A stretch of 64,000 nt of DNA from the IMG/VR virus record IMGVR_UViG_3300021387_001709, positions 1 through 64,000 of that record. One strand, written 5' to 3'. Positions 21,165-34,283 of this stretch are shown here, in pieces. A model generated the notes under the pieces. That model saw nothing but the letters and a program-made list of their open reading frames with translations. It did not search any database and was not told the origin of the DNA. The first letter of the stretch is position 1; each line of letters starts with the position of its first letter. The stretch comes from a virus (lineage: Duplodnaviria; Caudoviricetes). Both the position numbers and the translations under genes were made by a program.

Positions 21165-23977
21165 TATTGGAGGTATTGAATGCGTTTATATGAAATTGAA
21201 GCAGATTACAGGCCGAAAAATCCAAGAAAGCCTAAATATTATATCTGGGCTGATACAGTTAAAGATGCAAAATTGATTTTTAGCAACATAATCAGTTGGC
21301 TTACGATTTATAATGTTACTGCGATGAACGAAGAAGATGCTTGTGAAATATGTAATGAACCGGATAAACATATAATTATTGAATGAGGTAAAATTATGAC
21401 ATACGAAGAAAAGCGTGAACTGCGTTTACAAATTAGTCAGCTGCTTGCTGATGCTGGTATTAACCAAGAGACCCTTAAAGAAATGGCTCGTGAGGAAATT
21501 GAAAAAAAAAGCGAGCGAGCGATCAAACAAGTAGTCGAATATCGAGTAAAAGAGATATTACCAAGTATGCTACGACGAGAAATACAGTCTAATATCTATT
21601 CGGTAATTCGAGGAGAAATTCAGAACAGAATTATTCAGGTTGTATTAAAGGATTGCGAGAATGGATAAAGGATTACTGAAGTGCCCAGTATGTGGCAAAG
21701 AAAACAAATATGTAAGGTATTCCGAATGGGGATTTGGCACCGTTGAGCAACATTATTATTGTTCCAGATGCACATATTTTGTCGAGCAATGTTATAGCTC
21801 ATGTGTTGATGGTATTAGTACAGATTGCCCGGAAGAATATCTTGAGAGAGCCAAAGAGTTGAAATTGGATTTTTATAAACCGGAGGAGATACCGTAAAAT
21901 CATGATTGACTTCAGATTTGTAACGTCATTTAGAAATAATTTAACTGATGAAGAAGAAGCTGCTCTGGATCACTTATTAAATATGATGACTGCTATAAAA
22001 CAACAAATTCTTTTAAGAAGGGCAATGAAAGAAAAGTCAAATGTTTATGGGCTAAAAGATAATAAGGAGGAATTACCATGATTTTTAAAGATATTCATAG
22101 CGAATGTCAACGCTGCGCCAACTTAAAAGCCTGGAGCATACATATGAATGGTGACCATGATTATTGCTGCCGATGTAGACCTTCTGGATTCATTAGCAAA
22201 GATTTACACTGGGAACATTGTGAAAAATTTGAGGAAAAATTAGATGAGTGAATATATTAATAAAGATGATGCACTTGATATCCTAGATCAGCTTGAAGAC
22301 GCTATAGAAAATGGCGAACTGGGATTCTATTCTCAGGCCAGAACAATGATGGGTAGCCTTCCAAGTGAAGAGATTATACATTGCAAAGATTGTATATACT
22401 ATTGTAATGTTTTATATCAAGGTACTCAATTTGAATATGGTGATTGTGACGTAATAGACGAATTATATATTAAGGATAAAAAACCACATGATTTTTGCAG
22501 CTTGGCGAGGTTGAAAGAATGAAGATGGAAGATTATGCTAAAGAACCTTTTGATGAATTAATGAAGACTTTTAAGGACTCTGGTCAATATGATTTTCTTG
22601 AAAAACTTACCGAGGATGAACTTTGGAAAATATTTTTATTAATTACATTTTTAAATCTCTATGGGTCTTATTCCACGCAGCTTACTGCGGACAAAATACT
22701 GAGTCAAGATTTAGTTGGAATGCATGAATAGGAGAGATTAGCAATGGCTGAATTTGTTGGTAGCGAAGTTAAGTATGTTAAAGTTGGCGAACCTGTTGGA
22801 ATTGCTCCGCTTCCAAAACCAATTGCGACAGTGAAATTTGATGTAAGATCTCCTGGGATATATAAGGTTGAGGTACGACAAGATGGGTCGTGGATTGCAG
22901 TTAGAGAAAAAGGAAAAGTAGTATGAAATTTGAAGTTCCAGAGAATTGTGGATCGTGTTTAAGTATAGAACAATTCGGAAACAAATATATTTGTGGAATG
23001 CCGGTATCCAAAGAAAAAGAAATTCTTGATATCAGTTCTTTTGAAGTAGATATAAATTCTCGTCCGAATTGGTGTCCAAAAAATAAAGTTATTAATATTA
23101 TAAATAATTTGTCGGAAGAAAACAAAGTTTTGGTTGATAGAATGTGTGATGGATTTTCGGCAATGTTTGAGTTGATAAATAATCAGAGGAATGGGAATTA
23201 AATGGGCTTGCAAAGTCCAAAGTAATCTAAGGAGAATTAAACAATTAACAGAGGAAAAAAGTTGTTCAACATGTAAACGAGGAATGATATGCGAATAATA
23301 GATGCGAACACAGATTATTATGATTACCTTCAGAACATATACCGAGATAATTCTTTGGTGTTTGATCGGCGGGATTCGTTTGTATTAACTAAGAAGCTTC
23401 TTTGTGAGAACTTAAAAGTTAATAGATGGCAATCTACTGATTATAGCAATAAAAATTATCTATTACTTCAAATTTGTAATTCTTTTTGGTTATTCAGTGT
23501 AGATATAATCAAGTTCGATGATTATCGCCCATCTGATTATAATATAAAGTTGCTAAGATCATGGAAAAACTACGATAAGGCTAGGAAGCTGATTAGTTTA
23601 GACGTTATATACTTTGGTTTTATTCCCGGATATTATAAACTTAAAGATCCAGAGAAAATGATTGATTCACAAATTCAGGCAATCGATACTAATAACTATC
23701 AAATTTGGAGGAGTATAAATAGATTTTTTATTTATCCCGGTAATGATTCGAACAGAAAAATCGAGAAACATATTCCACTATTGAAAGCATGTGGGATTGC
23801 TGAATGGATTGATCCGCTTGATGTGTATCTAGCATTCGAGGAATATTTTTCTTTAGAAAAAAGTTCTTCCGAGAGGCGAGAACCAATTGGTAATACTGAT
23901 ATTGATAAAATTGAAAGCCATGGATTTGATGTTAAAACATCTTTTAGAGGGAAGAATAAGAATGAGTGATTAATAAA

Positions 23978-24049
23978 TAAATTATTAAATAGCTATTGCA
24001 ATATGATGCGGAGTGTGGTATTATAATAGAGTACTAATTAATTATTAAA
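23978..24049 (+). promoter_or_regulatory. Sigma-A promoter bracketed by operator-like boxes
   Basis: TTGCAA (23996)-17-TATTAT (24019); boxes at 23978 (1 mismatch) and 24038. Confidence 0.75.
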
Positions 24050-26167
24050 CATGGGAGATAACAATGAAGGAAGTTAATTTATATCAATGTGAAATTTGCG
24101 GGACACAATACGCATCGAGTAAAGCTGCGCAAGATTGCGAAAAATCTCATAAAACAATCGAGTCAATTGAGTCTGCTAAATACAGAAGTTTGAAGTCGAA
24201 TCCAGATGGATATCCAGATAAGATAACTGTTGTGTTTAGCGACAATAAACGAGTTACTTATCACAGATAACAAATTAATTATTAAAAACAAAGGAGAAAA
24301 ATATTATGAAAAATGTAACTGAAAAGAACACAAAACTGGTAGCACCCTGGACGGAATTTGCGAATCAGGTTGAAACAATGTTTAAAGAAGATAAGGACAT
24401 CAAGTTTAGTTATGACGACATGAGCAAGGTTATCACGCTGCGAGTGAATGGCAACGACAAGGCCGAAGCGCTCACAAAACTTCTTCCGACAGAGAAGCAG
24501 TTTGGCGCGATCACTGTAAAGGTTGACGTCATTCCAGCCAATAAACTTGGAGAGGACAAAATTGATTTGTTCTGTAAGGCATTCTCCGGCAATCCGGCAG
24601 TATCGAGCATTACTACGGTGGAAACTCTCTGGGGACCACTCAGCTTTGTGGTTTTTGCTCCGAAGGTTGTTCAGTATTATAATGATACACTTTTTGACCT
24701 AAACGGTATTCACACTACGATTTATCAGGATCTTGCCAAAGAGGTATTTGGTACTTTTGATGGGGTTTGCTATTGCACTGAAAAGGTTGAGGAGTAATGC
24801 GTACTGTTTGGACGATTACGTACATAGATGAAAACAATGAACCTCAAATAATGATATTTGACAATCCACTGGTAGCGAATGCTTGCTATCGTCACTTCTA
24901 TAATATCTATAGGAGTGGCGTGTGGATTGATGAGTGTGAGGTGTATGGAAGTTTTATGGTGGCTGGGAATAAGGAATAAAATGAGGAGTAGCTATGGATA
25001 AAACAATTTATCTTGTAATGTACGCATACTATAGTGATTGGCAAATATATGGTTATTTTACTACCAGAGATGAAGCAGAAAAATATGTTGTAAGTCACCC
25101 TTCAGAAGAATTAGATATTCATGAAATTAAATGTCTTGATAATCAAGCTGATTTATCAGGCGTATCAGTAAAATATGAGTTTTCGGTTGTATTCAAAATT
25201 GATGATTCAGAGCCTTGTCGTATATCTGAGGACTTTGACATATATCAGTCACCATATTTACGGAGTAATCATATTGATGGAAGATATAACTGGATAAGTG
25301 TATATGTGAATCTTAATAAAAGGGATAAAGATCTTGCGAAGAAAATTGCCCAGGATATTTTTTATCAATATATGAGCGAATGCGATGGACATAGTTCCTG
25401 GAAATCAATGGAAGAATTTAATAAAATATTATCTGCTGAAGAGGATGCAAGAAAAGCTGCCAAGGAAGAAGAAAAATTGCTGAAGAAAGAACTGGCGGAA
25501 CTTGAGAGATTGAAGGCGAAATATGAATAATATAATAATCTATTTAGCAATTGGGAATGTTGTTTTTATGTTGGGATATATAGTTGGTAAAATATGTGCT
25601 ACATATGAATACAATAAAACAAGTCTTAGATGAGAAGAATGATATGGACATTATAGAAGAGTTATATAGTATTATTATTAATGGAATTATTCATAGATTT
25701 CCATTAGAGACGTTTACTAATAAACGTGGGACATTTGAATTGATAGAATTAATGGCGGAAGAAATATGCGACAAACATATGGACAATTTTTATAAGTCAT
25801 ATTTTGATAAGTTTGCCGACGTTAAGGACTTTGAAAATTAGATTTTATTGGAGAATTTATGAAGAAGATTGATGAAGAAAATATGAGAAGACTTCATGAT
25901 TGGTGTGCTATGCACGGCATAATATACGTACAATGGTATCCATATGATAATTATTCTGGTTATTACATAGAGAATCCATCAAAGGATGCATTGGAAAAAT
26001 TCTATGAAAATGTTAACGCGTCTGATCCATATCATAGATCTTTTGTTTTAATATTGGGGCAATCTGAAACTCATAATAATCTGAATATGAGAACTATCGA
26101 TGAGTATATACGACATGATATATTGCCTTTTTTATTTTGTTGAAAACTAAGTTTTATTGGAGAATAC

Positions 26168-27259
26168 ATGGAAGATTTTTGTGTATATAGGCATATTTTC
26201 CCAAATCAAAAAAATTATATAGGCATAAGTTCTAATGTATTTGACCGCTGGGGGAAATTTGGGGAAGGATATTCTGGGCAACCAGTTTATGCAGCCATCA
26301 AGAAGTATGGATGGAAAAACATTAAACATGAAATACTGGCATATGGATTGACAGAAGAAGAAGCCAAAGAATATGAACAATATTATATTGAAAAATATAA
26401 TAGTCTTATAGATTTAAATGGATATAACTGTACACTTGGCGGAGATAATATTAGTCAATCCCAAATAATCATATATAAATTTGATTTATCTGGAAAATTG
26501 GTAGATAGGTATTGTGGTCTTAAAGAAGCTGCCGAAAGTGTCGGTACTAAATATATAGGTTCTATAGCTAGTTGTTGTTCTCGCCGTAATCGAACCGCTT
26601 ATGGATATGTTTGGAGATATGAACACGATATAGATTTTTCGGTAGATATTCCAGATCATATATATAATAAAACAAGAAATATTTCTGTATATAATAATAA
26701 TAACGAGTTAATTAGTACATTTGATAATTATATTGAAGCTGCGCGGCATTATAACTTTAGGCAAGAGTTTGTACTATTATGCGCAAAAAGGAAAAATAGT
26801 TATAAAAATTTATTATTTAGATTCGCTGATGAAAAATTTGAACCCTATATGCCCAAAATGGGACATAAAAAACCCATAGTGGCAATTGATAAATATTCAC
26901 ATAAAATAGTAAAAGAATATAATAGTATTTCAGAAGCAAGTAGGGAACTCAACATTTCTTCCACGCTAATTGGAAAAGTATGTAAAAAAGAAAAGAAAAC
27001 TGCCAAGGGATATATATTTAGGTTTTTATCCGAATATAATCCTAATGAAAAATATGTGGGAAGTAGAAGTTTTAGGCTAGTAAGAAAATATAATAATAAT
27101 GATTTAGTTGGAGAATATAATGGAATTGTTAATGCTGCGAAAGAAATATACAACAGTGGAATAACAAAAAATTCTTTTCTTTATATTCAGACAAAAATAT
27201 CAAAAGCTATAAGGACATCTACAAATGCATATGGCTATAGATGGGAATATGCAAGTTAA
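26168..27259 (+). CDS. Free-standing GIY-YIG homing endonuclease with NUMOD1-like repeats
   Basis: VYRH..NYIG, NGYNCTLGG; repeated Y.S..EA and TA.GY.W/F units; very AT-rich. Confidence 0.85.
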   Translation: MEDFCVYRHIFPNQKNYIGISSNVFDRWGKFGEGYSGQPVYAAIKKYGWKNIKHEILAYGLTEEEAKEYEQYYIEKYNSLIDLNGYNCTLGGDNISQSQIIIYKFDLSGKLVDRYCGLKEAAESVGTKYIGSIASCCSRRNRTAYGYVWRYEHDIDFSVDIPDHIYNKTRNISVYNNNNELISTFDNYIEAARHYNFRQEFVLLCAKRKNSYKNLLFRFADEKFEPYMPKMGHKKPIVAIDKYSHKIVKEYNSISEASRELNISSTLIGKVCKKEKKTAKGYIFRFLSEYNPNEKYVGSRSFRLVRKYNNNDLVGEYNGIVNAAKEIYNSGITKNSFLYIQTKISKAIRTSTNAYGYRWEYAS

Positions 27260-28655
27260 TTATTAAATAAGAAAGGAGAAAAATTCACGATGAAAAATCA
27301 AAACAACCACTACCTTCGTGAACAAATATGATAAGTATGATTAGTTTAGGAAATATTGTAATAACTGAATTTACGAATGCGGAACTTTATAGAAACTTAG
27401 ATACAGATAGCGACACGCTGTATTTTGAGGGTATAGCCGAAGCCGATGATTCTGACGAAAAACAAAAGATGGTATTGGGTAGAATTCCAAATTTTGGCAC
27501 AAAATCTCATTCCCCAATAAATGATTGTGATTTGCAGAGACTACAAATAAAAAAAGAATATGAAAAGTCTGTCGGCATACAGTACGATAATGAGGCACTT
27601 TTATATACTTTAGAACAATTGAGCTCTGCTACCCTAGGAATAGACGAAATAAATAATAAAGAATTACCAGATAATATTTCAATAATAAAGACTAAATATA
27701 ATGTTATTGAGAAGAATGGACTTCATAATGTTCAAGGGGTATCGTGGCTGCCGATGAAATTAGGAGAACATAAAGTAGACAGTGTTATATATAACAATGA
27801 TGACGGAACCGTACTAGAATATTATCCAGCCCATATAATTATTAAAAATAATGATGCAAACAATAAGGAGTAAATATGGCAATTAGATTAGGGGATCAAG
27901 TAATAGATGAAGTACATCATGTGCTAGTTGATGGTAAAGATATTATAACCGTTGATAACACACCAATTCACTTTACCATCGAAGCAGAATGTCGCGATGT
28001 CACAGATGATAGCGGCAATATAATTAAAAAAAGATTTGTTTTGTCGAGATATGCTTTCTCCAATGAGCATGAGTATGTACAAATTCTTGCAGGAGATGAT
28101 AAACCTGCGCATCAATTATGTATTACCGGAACTGGATGGAGAAGCAGACCTCATAAGAAAAAACGTATAGCAAAGAAATGGGAAAAAAGATACGGTATGT
28201 CCTACGGATTTTGCTCGGTAAACAGATTTGTGCGAGGAGATTTGGTGATAAAGACACTAGATTAATAAAAATAGGTAACTAAGGGGTAAACATAAAAGTG
28301 GCAGAATTTATAGCTAGTAAAGAAAAGATTGTTAATATTGGCGATTCAATTATATTTGAAGATAATACCGATAGTAGATGGAGATTAATTATGAATAAAC
28401 CTAAATTTATATATACATTTAAGTTTGAAAATGATTTATGGAGATATTGTTATTATGATGTAAGTGCTGCCAAAGATAAAGCCATCGAAGTAGCTTTATT
28501 ATTTAATCCTGGTTTTGAGATTGAAGGACTATATTTTGACAATGATGGAGAAGATCTTCATCTGTTTTATGACGAAACTGAAGATGAGGGAGAAATTGTA
28601 ACTATTCATTCTTATAAGATGGAAGATTTTGATACCTAATAAAATAAGTATTTTG

Positions 28656-28776
28656 TCTGCGGTGGCGGAATAGGTATACGCTTAAACGTAAGAGCCTAAC
28701 AAACAGGAATTCCAGTTATGGCAAACCGATGATGGCGAATTTGGCTCATGTGAAGTGCAAATCTTCACCCGCAGAT
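28656..28776 (+). ncRNA. tRNA-like RNA, family A copy 2
   Basis: TCTGCGG/CCGCAGA; D-arm GCG-GAATAGGTATA-CGC; GAGCC/GGCTC stem with a large loop; T-arm GTGAAG-TGCAAAT-CTTCAC. Confidence 0.7.
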
Positions 28777-31236
28777 GTGAGCAATTTCATTAAAAGGTTT
28801 CATTTCCGCTCACTGACAAATGTAAGGAAAGAATTACCACAACCGAACGTGGATAAAAACATAATGGACGAATGAGCCTGGTTTCTCCGTGTACTAATCA
28901 GTGTCTGAAGCGGAGTGTAAAACGGCACAGATTATAAATAAACTTGTCTGTAAAGGAATTAATAATATGTTATTTACCGCGCACAAAGATGCAGCTGTTG
29001 ATTATGATGGTACTGAAATAAAAGAGTTCAATAAAGAGTTTGATTCTCCATTTGTTCCGTTCCCCGGTGGTGGACTTGACAGATATTGTTATGTGATTTA
29101 TCAAGGACTATTTGGTAAATATAAGATTAGACAATGCGAAGTTGTTGCGGTTTGGTTTACTAATATCTGGGGATGGCGCATGGATAATGGTTGGACGTTT
29201 ATTAGCGATGAACTTGATAAAACCGTATTCAGATATGACAAAGAAAATCTTAACAAAGCTATTGAGATTTGTGAAAAGAAAAATAGAATGAGGAAAGTTA
29301 AGGTCAAATATCTTTAAATAAGAAACAGCTAATAGAAATAAAATTTGATTGGATAAATCATAAGGAGACACAATATGAAGGTAGTTGAAAATATTGGTTA
29401 TATACTTGATGGTTTTGGTAATGTTATCGGGAGTGGCATGTTTAATATGAAAGTCCAGAGTCTTAATGATATCGCATCTGGGGAAAAAGATAAAGTAGTA
29501 TGTAGGTTTGACAGCGATAAAACACTTAAATGTACGATAGATGTAGATAGTGTCGATATAAAAAATATGAAAAGATTTATTCTTAATGGAAGTAATAACT
29601 GGCGCAAAATGCATGGTTTGCCGATGCAGCACTACAAAAGATATCCACATGAGAAAAAGTTGAGGAAAAAACAATGAAACATGAATTAGGATTTTGGTTC
29701 TGGTTTTATATCATAATGATAGCAAACGGCGTAATATCAATACTTATCGGCATAAAACTAGCAAGACCTTATAGTATTGTTCTCGGTGCACTTTTAATTA
29801 TTATTTATTCTTTTCTACTATGGAATTATAAAAACATGAATTAATGAATATAAATATAGGCATTAAAGAGATTTATGTATATAAATATAAACATTATCAA
29901 TATATAAGGAGATATTTATGGCTATTATAAAAACCGCCGATGAATGGGGCATAGAATATACTACTTCTAGAACATTCAATATGATTACCAGAGCCGAGCA
30001 AAGAGTAGCAAAGAAAAAAGAAGCTCTTGAAGATGTTCAGAATGAGTATGAACTTCTGGAGAAACAAGCGTTTGGATTGTATAAATCCAAAATTAATTAT
30101 ATTACCTTAGATCGCAACCTTATTAATACGGCTGCGAACTGGTTGCGCATGGTTAAAAAAAATGAAGATGACGACGGTAATAAACTGGATAAGCGCAAAA
30201 AATATAAAGAAAAAGATACGTTTAACTATATTTGCGATGTTATTAAAAGATATCTTGGCTTGGAAGATTTCGAAATTATAAATATATTTGATTATAATTA
30301 CGGTCAGGGTAAGCATATTGAGTTCTCTTCACATAATCATAATTGGTTTTTGAAAATTCCGCATCCGGATAAGGTTTCATTTAAAGAATACCAGGCTCGT
30401 GGCAGATATGCGTTTATGTTAATGTTATCTCATGAAGATAGTGAATGCTGTTCTAAATGTGTCGGATCAACATTCGAAGAAAATGAACTAAAAGATATTA
30501 TGAGCGCTGCCATTGAGAAATATTGCTCTGTGGATAATGATGGTGATTGATATGATGAGTTGGGATGAATTCCGGGATGAAATGATGAAGTATGATGGGC
30601 ATAACATTCGAGAAGAAAATAAAAAGCTGATAGAACGATACCCGTTCCTGAGGCCACACAATTCTCATTATGATTATGGCTGGACGAAATTGGATGAATT
30701 GCCCGAGGGATGGTATGCAGCTTTTGGACTTCAAATGTGTGAGGATCTGCGCAATATACTTATTGAAGGTAATTATCTTGACGAGTATGTAATCCTTGAG
30801 ATTAAGGAGAAATGGGGTCGGCTAGCATGGTATGATTGTGGCGTACCGGATAGTATTGCCGACAAATATGATGGGTGGCTCGCTAAATATGAAAAATTAT
30901 CTGAGGTAACTTGCATCTGGTGCGGAGAACCGGGCAAGATGGTAACCAGGGGCTGGCTTTACCCAATCTGTAAGAAATGTTTTGAAGAAAAACAAAAGAA
31001 TAAAGATTATGAGGAGTGGACACAATGAGAGATCCTAATAGACTAGATAGCTTTTACGAAGAACTAAAGAATATCCATAAGGAATATTTTCCGGACTGGA
31101 GATACGGACAATTATGCAGTAACTTCTTCGGATGGTTATCCGAGGTTAAAGGTATCAATCCGTTCTTTCCAGAAGAACCTAGAATGTTAGAATATTTGAG
31201 AGAATATATAGCACCAATGTCTGGAGAAAATTATAA

Positions 31237-31308
31237 TTAATTATTAAATATGTATTGCAAAAATGATAAACATGTGATATAGTATATCTATACTGATTAA
31301 TTATTAAA
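31237..31308 (+). promoter_or_regulatory. Sigma-A promoter bracketed by TTAATTATTAAA boxes
   Basis: TTGCAA (31255)-17-TATAGT (31278); boxes at 31237 and 31297. Confidence 0.75.
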
Positions 31309-32363
31309 CGAAGGGAGTACGCAATATGCCAAGGATGTATATCTGTAGGGATGTAATCATGATAGTCTGGCTTGGCTATGAATGGATTATCCCGAGATTT
31401 TTTCATAATAGGAGGAGCCGATGGTAACTTGGATTAAAATTTTATTAGTGCTGTTGATTACTTACAACGCGGTTTTTGTCTTCACATATCCTATTATAAA
31501 AACGCCGATCCGTTTCTGGGCTGATTTCTTTAGCATAAGAAATTTTCTGGGCCGGATTTACGGAATTGTACTTTTTGCATTGTCCATACCGGCAACAATC
31601 ATCTTCTATGTTGCCTTTTGGATACTGGTAATTATCACATGGATGGATATTTTCGGAACTAAGAAATCATATAGGGCGACAAAATTTGCGCAGCAGATCG
31701 ATAAGGAAGATGAGGAATGAAATATAAACCATATACACCGTTTTGCTATAAATTCCCACTAAAGTATAGATTGCTCCATCCGTTGGAACGCATTCAGGAC
31801 ATTGGATTAAATATTAAATATGCGTATCAACGAATTAAATACGGTTGGTGTGAGAAAGACACATTCGACATTGATACATGGTTTCTGAATGTTGTTCCTC
31901 AGATGCTAATGTATTTCCGAGATAATTTTCATAGTCATCCGGTGTTTATGCTGGATAATGGGGAACTTGACCCAGACAGCGAGCACCGTTGGAATATGAT
32001 ATTGGACGAAATGATTTCTTGCTTCGACGCTATTAACAATAACATTCTAAACATCGACAATTCTGTTGATAAATACAAAGACCGTGCATTTGAGTTACTT
32101 TCCAAACATTTTTGGAACTTGTGGGATTGAGGTAATTATATGATTAACGTAAAAGATTTTGAAGGGTGGACACCCGAAATTGAACTGGCTTCTGACAGCA
32201 ACAAAAATGGACGAGTTACACTGAGCGCATTGGTAGATTTAGATAATTCTAGTGTGGAATATGGTGTAGTCCATTATGTTAAGAACAAAAAGAAGTCGGT
32301 TCATTTTAATTATTTAGACGCTGCTGTTAACTATTATAACAACAAACTTTGAGGGGAAGAATT

Positions 32364-34283
32364 ATGACTACATATGCTGAAATGGTAGATTTAATTACCC
32401 GAGCCAAAGAAGCGTATTATGGTTCTGGTGAGACAATCATGTCCGATCAGGAGTATGACAGACTTGTTGCCAGAGCAGAAAAGCTTGGTTACGTAGAGAC
32501 CGTCGGTTCTGCTCCGATTGACGCTATTGAAAAAATTAAACACGAACATCCGATGTTGTCATTGGATAAAATTCACACTGTCAATGAGGTTAAATCATTC
32601 CTTAAATATGACAGTGTGGCAATGTGGAAAGCGGACGGATTGACTTGCTCGGCTACCTACATTGACGGTAAACTTACACGACTTGAAACTCGCGGTAACG
32701 GTACTGTTGGTAATGATATTATGCATCACGCAATGTCAATTGAAAATCTACCGATGACTATTAATAAGTCAGGAAAGTATGTAATTGACGGTGAGTGTGT
32801 TATTTTATATCCGGATTTTGAGAAGATTAACTCTAAGATTATTGATAGTGAAAAATATAAAAATCCGAGAAATCTTGCAGCGGGGTCGCTTAATTTGCTA
32901 GATGGTTCAATATCCGCAAAACGTCATCTTAAGTTCTTCGCCTGGGATGTTATTGAAGGCGGCGAGGGCGAACTCTTTGTGGATTTAGCCAAGGCTTATT
33001 CGTTGGGATTCGATATTGTTGATGCTACTTATCTTTATGCTAATAGTGACGCAGATCAGATTCAGAATGCTATCGATATGCTGAAGAAATCTGCTGAGGA
33101 TATGGGATTCCCGATTGATGGTATTGTGATTAAGTATGACGACTTAAATCTTAGAGATTCTCTTGGGGCAACGGCCCATCATCCACGAAATGCCCAAGCT
33201 CTGAAGTTTGCAGATGATTCATATCCTACTAAACTAATTTCTGTTGAGTGGCAAATTGGCAAGACTGCGCAGCTTACCCCCGTGGCTAATTTTGAGCCAG
33301 TGGAAATTGATGGTTCAGAAATTACTAAGGCCACGCTTCATAATATTACAATAATGAAACAGCTTGGCATTACTAACGGTTGTACTTGCTATATAAAGAA
33401 ACTCCACCAAGTAATCCCGGGTGTAGATTCAGTAGATGATGACGGCAACGGCGAAATTGAAATCCCCGAATTTTGTCCAATTTGTTCTGCCCCGACTCGC
33501 ATAGTCAAGGAGAATAAATCCGAAGTTCTTTATTGTACTAATGACGAATGCCCCGGAAAAACTCTCGGCAAATGGGTTACATTCGTGTCGAAAAAGGGTA
33601 TGGATATTGACGGACTTTCGGAGCAGACACTGGATAAATTGATTAACTTTGGCTACTTAACCAATATGTTTGAGAGCGTATATTCTCTTCATTTGTATAA
33701 GAACGAACTCTATAAGATTGACGGTTTCGGTAAGAAGTCAATCGACAATTTGTTAGCTGCAATCGAGTCAAGTAAGGAGTGCGACTTAGTTCACTTTATT
33801 ACCGCATTTTCAATCCCCGGAATCGGCGAAGGTCAGAGTAAACTACTGGCAAAATTCTTCAAGACATTCGATGCGTTCAGTAAAGCTTGTGACAACCAGT
33901 ATGATTTCTCAAATATCCCCGGCATCGGTCCGGTGCTTAGCCGAAACATTAATAAGTGGTGGATGCTGAACCATATGCAGATGATTGATATCGCCAACAT
34001 TGTATCGTTTATTGGCGATGATTTCATGAATAAGCCGGATGGGAATTATCCGCTGGTCGATGAAACATTTGTTGTTACCGGCTCTGTTCATCATTATAAA
34101 AATCGTGGTGAATTGCAGAAGGTTATTGAAGATCTCGGCGGTAAAGTGGTTGGTTCTGTTAGCAAAAACACCAGTTATCTGATTAACAATGATGCTACCA
34201 GTGATAGTAGCAAGAATAAAAAGGCTAAATCGCTCGGCATTCCGATTATTACCGAGGAAGAATTTTTGAAACTTATTAAATAA
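32364..34283 (+). CDS. ligA: NAD+-dependent DNA ligase
   Basis: HPMLSLDK, KADG adenylation motif, TRGNG..G, NPRNLAAGSL, IDGIVIK, Zn finger, HhH, C-terminal BRCT. Confidence 0.95.
   Translation: MTTYAEMVDLITRAKEAYYGSGETIMSDQEYDRLVARAEKLGYVETVGSAPIDAIEKIKHEHPMLSLDKIHTVNEVKSFLKYDSVAMWKADGLTCSATYIDGKLTRLETRGNGTVGNDIMHHAMSIENLPMTINKSGKYVIDGECVILYPDFEKINSKIIDSEKYKNPRNLAAGSLNLLDGSISAKRHLKFFAWDVIEGGEGELFVDLAKAYSLGFDIVDATYLYANSDADQIQNAIDMLKKSAEDMGFPIDGIVIKYDDLNLRDSLGATAHHPRNAQALKFADDSYPTKLISVEWQIGKTAQLTPVANFEPVEIDGSEITKATLHNITIMKQLGITNGCTCYIKKLHQVIPGVDSVDDDGNGEIEIPEFCPICSAPTRIVKENKSEVLYCTNDECPGKTLGKWVTFVSKKGMDIDGLSEQTLDKLINFGYLTNMFESVYSLHLYKNELYKIDGFGKKSIDNLLAAIESSKECDLVHFITAFSIPGIGEGQSKLLAKFFKTFDAFSKACDNQYDFSNIPGIGPVLSRNINKWWMLNHMQMIDIANIVSFIGDDFMNKPDGNYPLVDETFVVTGSVHHYKNRGELQKVIEDLGGKVVGSVSKNTSYLINNDATSDSSKNKKAKSLGIPIITEEEFLKLIK

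Larger units (their letters stand above)
13424..25841 (+). other. Dense array of several dozen small hypothetical phage genes (many Cys-rich or Zn-ribbon; several paralog families)
   Basis: Continuous + strand ORFs with RBSs and coupled start/stop codons; e.g. tandem paralogs ending at 15459 and 15761. Confidence 0.7.

Noticed and set aside
26168-27259. Group I intron around the GIY-YIG endonuclease
   Set aside because: Flanking ORFs are complete, the intergenic gaps are too short, and no intron core is evident
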